A stretch of DNA of 64,000 nt from a virus (taxonomy: Duplodnaviria; Caudoviricetes), in IMG/VR virus record IMGVR_UViG_2744054422_000002, positions 1 through 64,000 of that record. One strand, 5' to 3'. Positions 29,401-37,632 of the stretch are shown in pieces. Every line of letters starts with the position of its first letter. The first letter of the stretch is position 1. The notes beneath the pieces are model-generated. The model searched no databases. It saw only the letters and a program-made list of their open reading frames with translations, and had not been told where the DNA came from. The translations under genes were made by a program, and so were the position numbers.

Positions 29401-29850
29401 GGTGGTGTCCTCCGCTGGGCAGTCGACCGGCGCGACTGGCGCGTACGGCTGCGCGAAGTCGCCATCCAGGAACGCGCCGAGGAGGGTGGGAGCGCCGCCG
29501 TTGCACGGGTCGAGGGCCCACACCTCCACGTACGTGACGTCCGCGGTGCCGTCGCCGCTGGTGTCGTCGCACAGGGTGCGGGTGGTGATCTGCCGGGCGC
29601 AGCCGTTGCTCTGGCCGCCGCACACACTGAGCGTCCCGGTCGGCGTGTAGGCCGCGCCGGTGGACGGGGTGACGATCCGCGTGCCGACCCGGTCGCCGCT
29701 GGTGGAGTCGTAGACCGGCTCAACGAGGGCCACGCCAGCCACGCTTCCGTCAGGCAGTACGTCGCAGAGGAGGACGGTCTCGACGTCGACGCGGCGCGTG
29801 GCCGCTACGCCGCTGACGATGACCGGGCCGCCCCCGCAGCATCCGCTCAC
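26431..29850 (-). CDS. Large Cys-rich modular virion protein (LCD repeats)
   Basis: 1139 aa; repeated LCD..ADG...LDG.TPY.P.GTVG.C; CDDT(S/D)GDG loops; two unique inserted domains. Confidence 0.8.
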   Translation of the reverse strand: MSGCCGGGPVIVSGVAATRRVDVETVLLCDVLPDGSVAGVALVEPVYDSTSGDRVGTRIVTPSTGAAYTPTGTLSVCGGQSNGCARQITTRTLCDDTSGDGTADVTYVEVWALDPCNGGAPTLLGAFLDGDFAQPYAPVAPVDCPAEDTTADTPVVLGTVCYDDGAGGAGTAAVLKCAACGDPAVTYLDLATGAVLAAASIVPCRAAADQTAQLLCDVQADGTSAPFLRTFITDDAGTTTADTLLDGTTAYTPTGSVGVCLPVNDCASPTTPTATIGLCLPDGTPIAVTVVRDCDGVVSSEGWINLQTGAYSAGAPPVGTVACGSSQSVQVSGTFCDVLADGTVAGLVLIEYSYAADGTIDSVRLVDATTGATYTPTGTVTTCPVGVEQPEQDVVQLCDTAADGTVTAMVRDYRRDETGAIVGHSDYLLDGTPYTPTGTVGDCQPDPQPERDLAVLCDVQANGSVTTFLRDYARDAAGTVTGHADYALNGSAPYAPTGTVGVCQPSPCKDCETLVLCDVPTGAPVTITGTATSGTLSNGVGWTATDGGNGTAMPVNQSNVDGSWWGLHSFPHAVTAPTRWTFSRPSIVEFSVFVHYYPSNPGISWAQLPTGLEVVSLPDGYSYNSATGVLTRTADGVPPDPCSYVTTPQVAGSARFRTSGAVTSVTTAPAPNSRAAVCGTFLTYWAGAVSVLPAGPFLRHICRSCDGTPTITDTLLDGTTPYTVAGTAGVCEPPEPESCCQPAQVCIQQDPTQEVEFISNEAHLNNNSVDPVWKWTPDINAANPPWYDMYEFQYSGAWSVTDSDTARPAWWVSPHPNGASAQSSPAQPNEGPSLLNTHWFPRAYFDLPANADPATIQLQATVFNADQIGRAFRLNNGAWQSLPATATHNGTTYTFGPATIPGAQAGRNFLYLDVEETVGGGSGLMVHLKVTYEVIPETRSWTRMVCCDDSVYYLDEDGQRQDAIPDGWHLAPCGGEAGSSTPACAKQVVERCGCDDTDGDGIGDVQYTELWAVDPCDGAAPTLLGTYLDGDLTQPYTPVSPVDCTAAEALPGPLSTGVRAVTGTAAQNIAGTFPGAQSVSLTVLAGAVNVTMSDGAAVPVPAGVTMTWSVAQDSDTALAVASFAGATAAASYLLNWTYR

Positions 29851-29918
29851 AGAGTCACCCCCCGCGTGCCGAGGCGACCGAGGGCAAGCGGCGATAGACG
29901 TAGGAATGTTCCGGGCAT
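29847..29918 (-). CDS. 23-aa leader ORF coupled to the 1139-aa gene
   Basis: GAGGAAG RBS, ATG 27 nt after motif copy 9; MPGTFLRLSPLALGRLGTRGVTL* with GTGA overlap. Confidence 0.5.
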   Translation of the reverse strand: MPGTFLRLSPLALGRLGTRGVTL

Positions 29919-29945
29919 GGACGCTTCCTCACGGGAGGTTCATCG

Positions 29946-29978
29946 CCCGGCCCAGAACCAGCAGCGTCCCCAAGGTTA
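29946..29978 (-). promoter_or_regulatory. Late-leader element copy 9
   Basis: TAACCT-N7-GCTGCTGGTTCTGGGCCGGG. Confidence 0.75.
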
Positions 29979-30462
29979 CCGTCAGCAGCAGAACCCACGC
30001 GGGGAGCAAACGAGTAATACAGGGCGAAGGCCGCAGGCGCGGGAACACCGGCGACCCTCTCACCGAACACCTTGAGCAGACCAAGGCTACAAAGAGGGCC
30101 GTCGACCGACCGAGGCCCGGTGAGTCGCGACCGTAAAGACTTGGCATGACGGTGAGCCATCAACAGCAGCAGCACCGCATGCAGTCGTCGAAAGAGACGG
30201 TCGAGTTGAAAATCATGTGACGCACCATCAGCACCCTTCCTAGCTGCGGTTTTGCGAGGATGGCACGCCACCAGCGAGACAGATGAGGTGCGGGCGGGGT
30301 GGGTTCCGTTGGTGTCACGGCGGGGGATATTCAAACCTCAGGTAATCCTCAAGCCAAAAGATGACTCTTGACGATCAACAGGCTGGTCAATCACTGTCAT
30401 CACAGCTCTTCGGAGCGGGAGCGCCTGACTAGCGCAACCTAAAATAAGGGGCGGGGATCAAT

Positions 30463-31161
30463 TTGCTACGCAGCAATTCAGTGCGTCATCGTGTCATGCA
30501 GGCCGTCGTGGGGGGTTCCACAGCATTGGTGCTGTTCGGCGGCCTCGGGACGCAAGCCGCATTCGCAGATGACGGCGACACGACGGGCAATTCGGCAACC
30601 GTGCACGAAACGGCACCGGACGAGGTCGACGAGACCGACGCAGTAGAGGTGCCATCGAATCAGGTGGACACCGAACCCGACATTCCCAGCACAGACCCTG
30701 GACCGGGCAATCACCCGGGAAGTGAGTACTGCGACCCAGTCAATGTCTACACGCCTACATACAAGGGCGGGTATCACATGAAGGGCATTGGCATCACGCA
30801 GTCCAACACTAACGCGACCAGCCGGGGTATGACGTCGACATTCACGTCAACGACCACCGGAACCGTTGGCGTCGCCATTGCCGGGCACCTCTCCACCAGC
30901 GTCCAAGTCATGGTTGCCAAGATTGAGGCGAAGTACGACGTGACTCTCACCGCCTCCGTGGCTGTCGGCATCTCCACTTCATCCGCCATCACGACACCGG
31001 CGCACTACTCCACGTACGGGAAGTACGGCGTCTACCGGCTGCGCAACCAAGGCGTCAGCTACCACTACTACACCAATTGCTCCACCACTCCGCACGTCAC
31101 CGTGACCAGCTACACGCCTCACCACCTAGGCTGGTTTATCTGGGAGACGAAGAACGGATGA
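30463..31161 (+). CDS. Secreted Ser/Thr-rich protein (moron)
   Basis: Signal peptide ending AFA-D; acidic linker; alternating S/T beta region. Confidence 0.7.
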   Translation: MLRSNSVRHRVMQAVVGGSTALVLFGGLGTQAAFADDGDTTGNSATVHETAPDEVDETDAVEVPSNQVDTEPDIPSTDPGPGNHPGSEYCDPVNVYTPTYKGGYHMKGIGITQSNTNATSRGMTSTFTSTTTGTVGVAIAGHLSTSVQVMVAKIEAKYDVTLTASVAVGISTSSAITTPAHYSTYGKYGVYRLRNQGVSYHYYTNCSTTPHVTVTSYTPHHLGWFIWETKNG

Positions 31162-31697
31162 GCGCCTTCCATCGAACTGGTCGCCTGGCTTGTGCCACCG
31201 TGCTCTCCGCCGCAGCCGCGGTGGGATGCACCAGCGGTCACTCCTCTTCGGCAGCGCACCCCACGGCATCCGAGACCGGAAACGTCAGTACTGCCGAGCC
31301 AAAGCCCACACCCTCGGATACGCCCCAAGCCCCACAACACACCGCCTCGGTGGCCAAGCCCCCCAATCTTGCCGAGGATGGAGTCCCGGTGCTTGTTTCC
31401 GCTGCCGGCCTCAAAGGCAGCGCGGAATATCCCCTCAAGGGAGGCATCCGGGCGGGCAAGACGCTGGCCACAGCGGTGAATTGCCAAGGCGACGGAACTT
31501 TGCGGGTCTCCTTGGAGCCGACCGGGCTCAGTTTTCCACTGACATGCTCGGAGGGAAACGTCACGCCCACATTCAACGAAGTACGGTTTGCGTCCAACCA
31601 TAAAAAGGCGTACTTCAAGTTCACCCCGTCGCCATCCTCAGACATCACATGGTCCTTTGCCGCAGGATGGGATCCACACCCTCCCAAAAGGGAATAG
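31158..31697 (+). CDS. Lipoprotein coupled to the secreted protein
   Basis: ATGA overlap; lipobox AAVGC. Confidence 0.7.
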   Translation: MSAFHRTGRLACATVLSAAAAVGCTSGHSSSAAHPTASETGNVSTAEPKPTPSDTPQAPQHTASVAKPPNLAEDGVPVLVSAAGLKGSAEYPLKGGIRAGKTLATAVNCQGDGTLRVSLEPTGLSFPLTCSEGNVTPTFNEVRFASNHKKAYFKFTPSPSSDITWSFAAGWDPHPPKRE

Positions 31698-31763
31698 TCT
31701 CGCATTTTTCGAAGCGTGCGCTGCCTGGTGGGGTGGCCAAGAGTCCAAAAAAGCGGGGACCAC

Positions 31764-31796
31764 GTGGCCCGCTGCACCCTCGGTGCAGCGGGCCAC
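31764..31796. terminator. Hairpin between convergent genes
   Basis: GTGGCCCGCTGCACC-CTC-GGTGCAGCGGGCCAC, 15-bp perfect stem. Confidence 0.75.
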
Positions 31797-31802
31797 ACCC
31801 GT

Positions 31803-34800
31803 TTACAGCGTGATCACGCTCGTCCAGGTAACGGTCACGGTGCCGGTGTCCGCCGCGATGGTGAGTGGGCCGGTCAACAGGGCGTCGGTGTCGCGGGCGA
31901 CGCTCCAGGTCGCCGCCTCGCCGGTGTGCAGGGTGCTGGGGCCGTCGGCAGTCGTAACGAGGCCGTCGCCGCCGAAGGCGACCGCGGTGACGGACTGGAG
32001 GGTCGGCCACACGGCGGCGTCCCATGACTGGCCGGCCGTGAGTTCCCGGCGGCGGGCCTGGACACCGAACGCTGGGTCGGCGCCCTCGGCGTCGTCGAGG
32101 GCGTTGCAATCCACCGGCGCGACCGGGGTGTACTCGGCAGTGAGGCCGTCGGTGTAGGTGCCCAGGCTGGTGAGGGCGCCTGTGCAGTCGACGGCCAGGA
32201 GCTCGACATAGCCGACGTCGGGCAGGCCGTCGCCGTCGGTGTCGTCGCACCGGCACTCTTGGATGACGTTCTGTGCCCGGCACGGCTGTTCCGGGCAGCA
32301 GGAGCCTCCGACCGCCTCACAGTGGCCCGCCGCGCCGGTGGGCGTGTACGGCTGTCCGTCGATGGTCGTGTCAGTGACCGCGGCGACCTCGCCGGTCTCA
32401 CAGTCCGTGATGACGTTGCGAAGGAACTGCACCGCGCAACCGGTCTGGTCGTAGACCACGGTGGCGTCGAACGCGGACAGCTGCCACGCGGTGCGGCGCG
32501 GCGGCGGGCATAGGGCGCCGCTGTCGTCGTAGGCGTCGAACGCGACCAGGACGGCGATGTTCCCGGCGGCGAGGTCGGCGGCCGGGACGTCCGCCTCCGC
32601 AGTGAGCGTCCCCGTCCACCCGGCGGGCGTGTTGGCCGGGGGGAGCGCGAGCGCTACCCGGTTCGCTTCATCGGTGCCGTTGTACATGCCGATGAACCCG
32701 GTGGTGGCGCAGCCGTTGTCAGGGCCGAGCTGGACAACGTCTACCTGTACCGAGACATGTGCGGTGCCGGCGTCACAGACCGGCAGCTGCGCCTGGATGA
32801 TGGCCGCGGCGGTGCGCACAGTGCCGGTCGTGCCCGGCTGCGGCCCCGCCGCGTCGGGAAGGGTGAGTGTGCCGCCGTCCCACAGGGTTTGGGCCCCTGC
32901 CGTGGCCACGCCCGTGGTGTACGGGTAGTAGGGCGCTGGCGGGGTGTCGGTGATGGTCGGGCTCGGCGTGCCGTCGGTGGGCAGGTCGCACAGGAGGAGC
33001 GTGCTGGTGTTCCGGCACGGCGGCGTGCACTGGCCGACCGTGCCCGCGATGGCGTACGGGGTGGTGCCGTCGAGGGTGGTGTCCTGGGTGGCGGTGAGGG
33101 GGCCGTCGCAGCTGTAGGTCAGGTGCCGCAGGAAGGCTGTCACGGTGCCGTCGGCGGCCGTGTCGCACAACGGCAGCGTCTCAACGTCCGTACACGTGCC
33201 GGCAACAACGGTGCCGCCGCTGGTGGACGCGCACTGTGCGGGCTGACCGGTGACGGTGTACGGGTCGCCGTCGAGGGTGGTGTCCGTGACGGCGAGGACA
33301 GCGCCAGTGACACAGCCGGTGGTGATCGTGCGGAGGAACTGCGCGCCGCAACCGTCGGTATCGTAGGCGTACGCGGCGGTGAAGTTCCGGGCCTCCCACT
33401 GGCGTTGGTCCGGCGGCGGGCACGTCGCGGTCTGGAACGTCTCCACGTCGAGCCAGACAGCGACGTCGCCGGCGGCCAGGTCTGCCGCGGGGACGTCCGC
33501 CTCAATGGTCAGCGTCTGGGGCGCGCCGACTGGGGTGTTGAAGAGGCCGGTACCCGACGCGAGGACCGACCCGTCCGTGTGGAACAGCCGGAAGCGGCCC
33601 GCGCCGGAGCAGCCAGCACCAGGGCCGAAGTTCTCGACCACGACCGACAGCGACAGGTGGACGGTGCCCGCGTTGCATGCGGGCGCATCCGCCTGCAAGG
33701 TGGCGGCGACGTACCGGTGGACCTGGGTGATGACGCCCGGGTTGGTCGAGACGTCCGGGCCGAAGGTGATCGTTCCACCGGACCAGAGCGCGGCTCCGCC
33801 GCCGGGGCGGAGAACGAAGTCGCCGTTCGGGATGTCCGCAATGAACTGCTGCGCCGTGTCCGTCACGACGGAGACGCCGGTGGCAGGCTCGTCGTCGGGG
33901 AGGTCGCACAGCAGCAGCGTGTTGGCGTTGCTGCACGGTTCCGCGCACACGCCGACGGTGCCGGTGGCGGCGTACGGCGTGCCGTCCAGGCCGTAGTCCT
34001 TGTGTCCGGTGATCTGGCCGGTGGTGGCGTCGCGCCGGTAGTCCCGCAGGAACGGGACCGCGGTGCCGTCCGCCTGGACGTCGCACAGGACGGTGAGGTC
34101 CAGGTCCGCGGCTGGCGCGCCGGTCCCGGCCGGGCAGATGTTCAGCTGCCCCTGGAGCGTGTAGGTGGTGCCGGTGGCCGGGTCGACCAGGCGCACGGAG
34201 GCCAGGGAGCCGTCCGGGTTGTACTCGTACTCCACAAGGACCAGGCCGAGGACGTCGCCGGTGGCCGGGTCCACATCACAGAGCAGCCCGGCGAGTTCGA
34301 AGGCCCGGGAGTCCCCGCACGCGGCGGCGCCGGTCGGGGGCGCCCCGGCGGAGAAGGCGCCGGTGGTGAGGTTGATCCACCCGTCCTGGGTGACCACGCC
34401 GTCACAGTCGCGGGTGACCACCACGGCGATGGGTGTGCCGTCGGCCAGGCACAGGCCGAGGGTCGCGGCCGGGGTGGTCTGCTCCGCGCACGGTGTTGAG
34501 CCGCCGTCAGTTCCGGCGCAGGCGCCGACCGTGCCGGTGACGACGTGCGGGGTCTGCCCGTCGAGCGCGACGTCCTCGTACGACGCCGTCCCGTTGAGGA
34601 AGACGTACCGGCGCAGGAAGGGTCCGCTGCCGTCGCACAGCATCACCGTCTCGCGGTCGGGGCAGCCGTAGGTGCAGGCGACTGGCGCGGTCGGCACGTA
34701 CGGCACCGACGGGTCGTCCTGGTAGGTGAGGACGAGTTCGGCCGTGCCGTCGGCGCGAATGCACCACAGCTCGCTGTAGGTGTCGTCGGGCTGGCCGTCG

Positions 34801-35294
34801 CCGTCGGTGTCGTCGCACCGCTGACGACAGATCGTGTCGATGCAGTCCGTCGTGCACGCCCCCGCATCGGCAGGGGCCGCGCCGGGCGTGAACAGGCCGG
34901 TGGTCGGGTTGATCCAGCCGACGACGACCGGATCATGGGCGGGGGTGTCGCAGTCGGCGCACTCGGAGCGGACGACGACGAGGATGCTCGTGCCGTCGGC
35001 AAGGCACATGGGCGCCGTGGCGATGGACGGGGAGCAGGAGCAGCCGAGCGTGCACGGGCCGGCGTCGGCCGGGACCGCGCCCGCGGTGTAGGTGCCGGTG
35101 ACGGGGTCGATCCAGCCGATGGCGGCCGGGTCGGCTGCCGGATCACCGCAGTCGACGCACTCGGAACGGATGACGACGAGGACGGTCGTGCCGTCCGCAC
35201 GGCACAGCGGCGTGGAGGCGATCGAGGGCGCGCAGGCGCAGGTGCCTGTCGTGCCTCCGTCGCCCGGGGCGCACGGGACGGGCGAGACCGGCAT
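31803..35294 (-). CDS. Large Cys-rich modular virion protein, paralog of 26431..29850
   Basis: 1163 aa; shares the GLCL.DGTPIAV.V.RDCDGVV...GWINL module, LCD repeats, CDDTDGDG loops and TWSV terminal domain. Confidence 0.8.
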   Translation of the reverse strand: MPVSPVPCAPGDGGTTGTCACAPSIASTPLCRADGTTVLVVIRSECVDCGDPAADPAAIGWIDPVTGTYTAGAVPADAGPCTLGCSCSPSIATAPMCLADGTSILVVVRSECADCDTPAHDPVVVGWINPTTGLFTPGAAPADAGACTTDCIDTICRQRCDDTDGDGQPDDTYSELWCIRADGTAELVLTYQDDPSVPYVPTAPVACTYGCPDRETVMLCDGSGPFLRRYVFLNGTASYEDVALDGQTPHVVTGTVGACAGTDGGSTPCAEQTTPAATLGLCLADGTPIAVVVTRDCDGVVTQDGWINLTTGAFSAGAPPTGAAACGDSRAFELAGLLCDVDPATGDVLGLVLVEYEYNPDGSLASVRLVDPATGTTYTLQGQLNICPAGTGAPAADLDLTVLCDVQADGTAVPFLRDYRRDATTGQITGHKDYGLDGTPYAATGTVGVCAEPCSNANTLLLCDLPDDEPATGVSVVTDTAQQFIADIPNGDFVLRPGGGAALWSGGTITFGPDVSTNPGVITQVHRYVAATLQADAPACNAGTVHLSLSVVVENFGPGAGCSGAGRFRLFHTDGSVLASGTGLFNTPVGAPQTLTIEADVPAADLAAGDVAVWLDVETFQTATCPPPDQRQWEARNFTAAYAYDTDGCGAQFLRTITTGCVTGAVLAVTDTTLDGDPYTVTGQPAQCASTSGGTVVAGTCTDVETLPLCDTAADGTVTAFLRHLTYSCDGPLTATQDTTLDGTTPYAIAGTVGQCTPPCRNTSTLLLCDLPTDGTPSPTITDTPPAPYYPYTTGVATAGAQTLWDGGTLTLPDAAGPQPGTTGTVRTAAAIIQAQLPVCDAGTAHVSVQVDVVQLGPDNGCATTGFIGMYNGTDEANRVALALPPANTPAGWTGTLTAEADVPAADLAAGNIAVLVAFDAYDDSGALCPPPRRTAWQLSAFDATVVYDQTGCAVQFLRNVITDCETGEVAAVTDTTIDGQPYTPTGAAGHCEAVGGSCCPEQPCRAQNVIQECRCDDTDGDGLPDVGYVELLAVDCTGALTSLGTYTDGLTAEYTPVAPVDCNALDDAEGADPAFGVQARRRELTAGQSWDAAVWPTLQSVTAVAFGGDGLVTTADGPSTLHTGEAATWSVARDTDALLTGPLTIAADTGTVTVTWTSVITL

Positions 35295-35297
35295 GGG

Positions 35298-35783
35298 TCA
35301 GTCCTCCGGGTGGGCCTGACGGCGGTGGGTGGCAAGGGCGCGGTCGCTCTTGAAGGGGCGGTCGCAGTCGGGGCACTTGGGCTGGCCGTCTTCGGCGGCT
35401 GCGTCGCTTCGGTCGCTCGCATCGGCCGGGTGGACGTCGAGCGGCACGGCGCCGGGCGGGTACGCCTCGGCAGGCACCTCGGGCAGCGGCTCGCCGGGGA
35501 TCCCGTCCCGCTCCGGCTGGTCGACGCCGAGGAGCTCCAGGCCGCTGGCCGGGTCGGTCGGCTCAGGCTCGTCGGGAATGACGTATGCGTGCCCATCGAC
35601 CACCGCGCCGACCAAGAGCCGCTCGGGCACGCTGGTGAACAGGCCGTACGGGACGGCGAAGTCCACCGGCGACACCGTGCGCACCTTCGGGTCCTGAGCG
35701 ACCGCCCAACGGGCGAAGGCGGTCCGCAGGTCACGGGCCGGCTGGACGGTGATGAACGCTCTACTCACGGGCGAGGCCCCCAT
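35298..35783 (-). CDS. Hypothetical protein with a C-terminal C2H2 zinc finger
   Basis: PKCPDCDRPFKSDRALATHRRQAH. Confidence 0.65.
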   Translation of the reverse strand: MGASPVSRAFITVQPARDLRTAFARWAVAQDPKVRTVSPVDFAVPYGLFTSVPERLLVGAVVDGHAYVIPDEPEPTDPASGLELLGVDQPERDGIPGEPLPEVPAEAYPPGAVPLDVHPADASDRSDAAAEDGQPKCPDCDRPFKSDRALATHRRQAHPED

Positions 35784-35801
35784 CGTGGTCGTGGACGGCG
35801 G

Positions 35802-36641
35802 TCATGAGGGGCACGTCGAGACGTTGATCGCGCAGACGGTGCAGGTCGTCGCAACCACGTAGGTCCTCTCGACCAGGACCCGCCGGTCGTTGATGCGGTA
35901 GTTGACTGACGGACCCGGCGTGTCCGGGATGGTCACGGCCGGGCCGCGCCGGACGACGACCGGGCCGGTGATGTACAGCCAGGCGGTGCCGTCGTCGGCG
36001 GGGATGTTGCCGGGTCCGGTGTTCGCGGTGCTGTATCCGGAGCCGATGACGACGCAGTTCCCGGCGAGGGTCGTCGGGTTGCCGCCGCCCGGGTCGCGCT
36101 GCACGACGTTGCAGCAGCCGAGGAGCGCCGCGGCCCCGGCGGGGACGTGGAGGACGCCGATGCCGCCGTACTGTTCGGCCAGGCAGCCTTCCAGGGCCGC
36201 GACGCCCTGCGCGATGTTCACCGGTCCAGCGGCCGGGGTGAGGTCCTGGGCGTTCGCGGCGAGGAAGTTCGTCCAGAAGCCGAGTTCAACAGCTTCCTGC
36301 TGGCCGAGTTCGAGGGACGCCTCTGCGTGCGCGCGGGACTCCGGGTAGCTCCAGCCCATGGCGGAGCACTCGGCGCCCGCGTACACGGTGATCGGGTCGG
36401 CGTGCTCTGCAGTCGGCCTGCAGAACTCCTTCTGCGGGGTGGGGCCAGGGCTCTCGTCGGCGCCCACGCACGGGTCGTTCCACACCTCGACCGGGCAGCA
36501 GCCGAGCGCCATCCACTCCACGCCCAGCAGTTCGTGCTCGTCGGTGACGTCGATGACGTCGGTACAGCCACCCAGGATCCCGTACGGGAGCGGCTTCCCG
36601 GGGAGAGCCTCTACACGCCGCCTCATACCAGTGGACGCCAC
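35802..36641 (-). CDS. Second capsid-type protein (pentamer-like)
   Basis: PLPYGIL...PITVYAG.ECS...GVAALE...GVLH...WLYITGPVVVRR...VLVERTYVV; follows the major capsid gene. Confidence 0.6.
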   Translation of the reverse strand: MASTGMRRRVEALPGKPLPYGILGGCTDVIDVTDEHELLGVEWMALGCCPVEVWNDPCVGADESPGPTPQKEFCRPTAEHADPITVYAGAECSAMGWSYPESRAHAEASLELGQQEAVELGFWTNFLAANAQDLTPAAGPVNIAQGVAALEGCLAEQYGGIGVLHVPAGAAALLGCCNVVQRDPGGGNPTTLAGNCVVIGSGYSTANTGPGNIPADDGTAWLYITGPVVVRRGPAVTIPDTPGPSVNYRINDRRVLVERTYVVATTCTVCAINVSTCPS

Positions 36642-36765
36642 GTCAGATCACCCCCACGGGGAGCAACCGGCGTGCCGACAACGGTCGTTGTACCAGGTGA
36701 AAGGGCCGACGGTGCAGCGAACACCGCCGACCCAGACCGAACACCTGTGATCGAGGAGTCCGGCC

Positions 36766-37560
36766 ATGGCCGACGTTATCTGTTCCGTCGTCGAAGACGA
36801 CACCCGTTGCGCTCGTCCCGCGATCGCCCGCGGCTGGTGCAACAAGCATTACGTCCGGTGGCAACGCACCGGTGACCCGCTGACGGTGCGTACTCGTAAG
36901 GCGGCTGACTGCCGCGCGCTCGGTTGCGAGCAGCCCGCGGTGGGCCAGGGCCTGTGCCGCAAGCACTACATGCGGATGCAGCGTCGTGGAACCCTGGAGG
37001 TCGCCCGTCGGCAGTTCACGTACACCTCCGACCCCGTGGCCGACTTCTGGCGCCTTGCGGACCAGACGGCCGGGTCTGAGGCCTGTTGGCCGTGGACAGG
37101 AACTCTGACGGGCCAAAACTACGGAAGTTGGATACACGCCCCCGCTCACCGGATGGCGTACGTCTACGCCACGGGCCATGTCCCGGGGGAGCTGGTCATC
37201 GACCACAGGTGCCACGTCCCCGCCGACTGTCCTGGCGGACAGGCGTGTCTGCACCGGCGATGCGTGAACCCTGCGCACCTGAAGGCTGTGAAGCACGCTG
37301 AGAACGTGAGCGCCGAACGGTCGAGCAACGGGCGGCCCGCCAACGACACCTGTTCCGTCGATGCCTGTGGACGGCCCTACGTCGCCAAGGGCCTGTGTAC
37401 GAAGCACTGGCAAGCTTCCCGCCGCGCGCCGAAGCCAGCGCGCACCGTGTGCCGCAATGGGCATCCGGTGATTGGCCCCGACGCGGACGTGAAGGTCGAC
37501 GGGCGAGGGCACGTCAGGTGCCAGCAGTGCAGGCAGAACTGGGAGGCGCGGAACCTGTAG
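36766..37560 (+). CDS. HNH endonuclease with three C-C-C-H zinc-binding repeats
   Basis: IDHRCH...RRCVNPAHLKAVKHAEN; GWCNKHY / GLCRKHY / GLCTKHW. Confidence 0.85.
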   Translation: MADVICSVVEDDTRCARPAIARGWCNKHYVRWQRTGDPLTVRTRKAADCRALGCEQPAVGQGLCRKHYMRMQRRGTLEVARRQFTYTSDPVADFWRLADQTAGSEACWPWTGTLTGQNYGSWIHAPAHRMAYVYATGHVPGELVIDHRCHVPADCPGGQACLHRRCVNPAHLKAVKHAENVSAERSSNGRPANDTCSVDACGRPYVAKGLCTKHWQASRRAPKPARTVCRNGHPVIGPDADVKVDGRGHVRCQQCRQNWEARNL

Positions 37561-37585
37561 AGACATCCTGGCCCGTTTCTGTATA

Positions 37586-37619
37586 GCGGTCCCGCCCCCT
37601 TCGCTGGGGACGGGGCCGC
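37586..37619. terminator. Hairpin between the capsid and HNH genes
   Basis: GCGGTCCCGCCCCC / GGGGACGGGGCCGC. Confidence 0.6.
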
Positions 37620-37632
37620 GGCCGTCTGTGGG

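Noticed and set aside
29929-30334. ORFs between the large fibre gene and the secreted moron
   Set aside because: No convincing RBS or codon bias; at most a degraded membrane gene.
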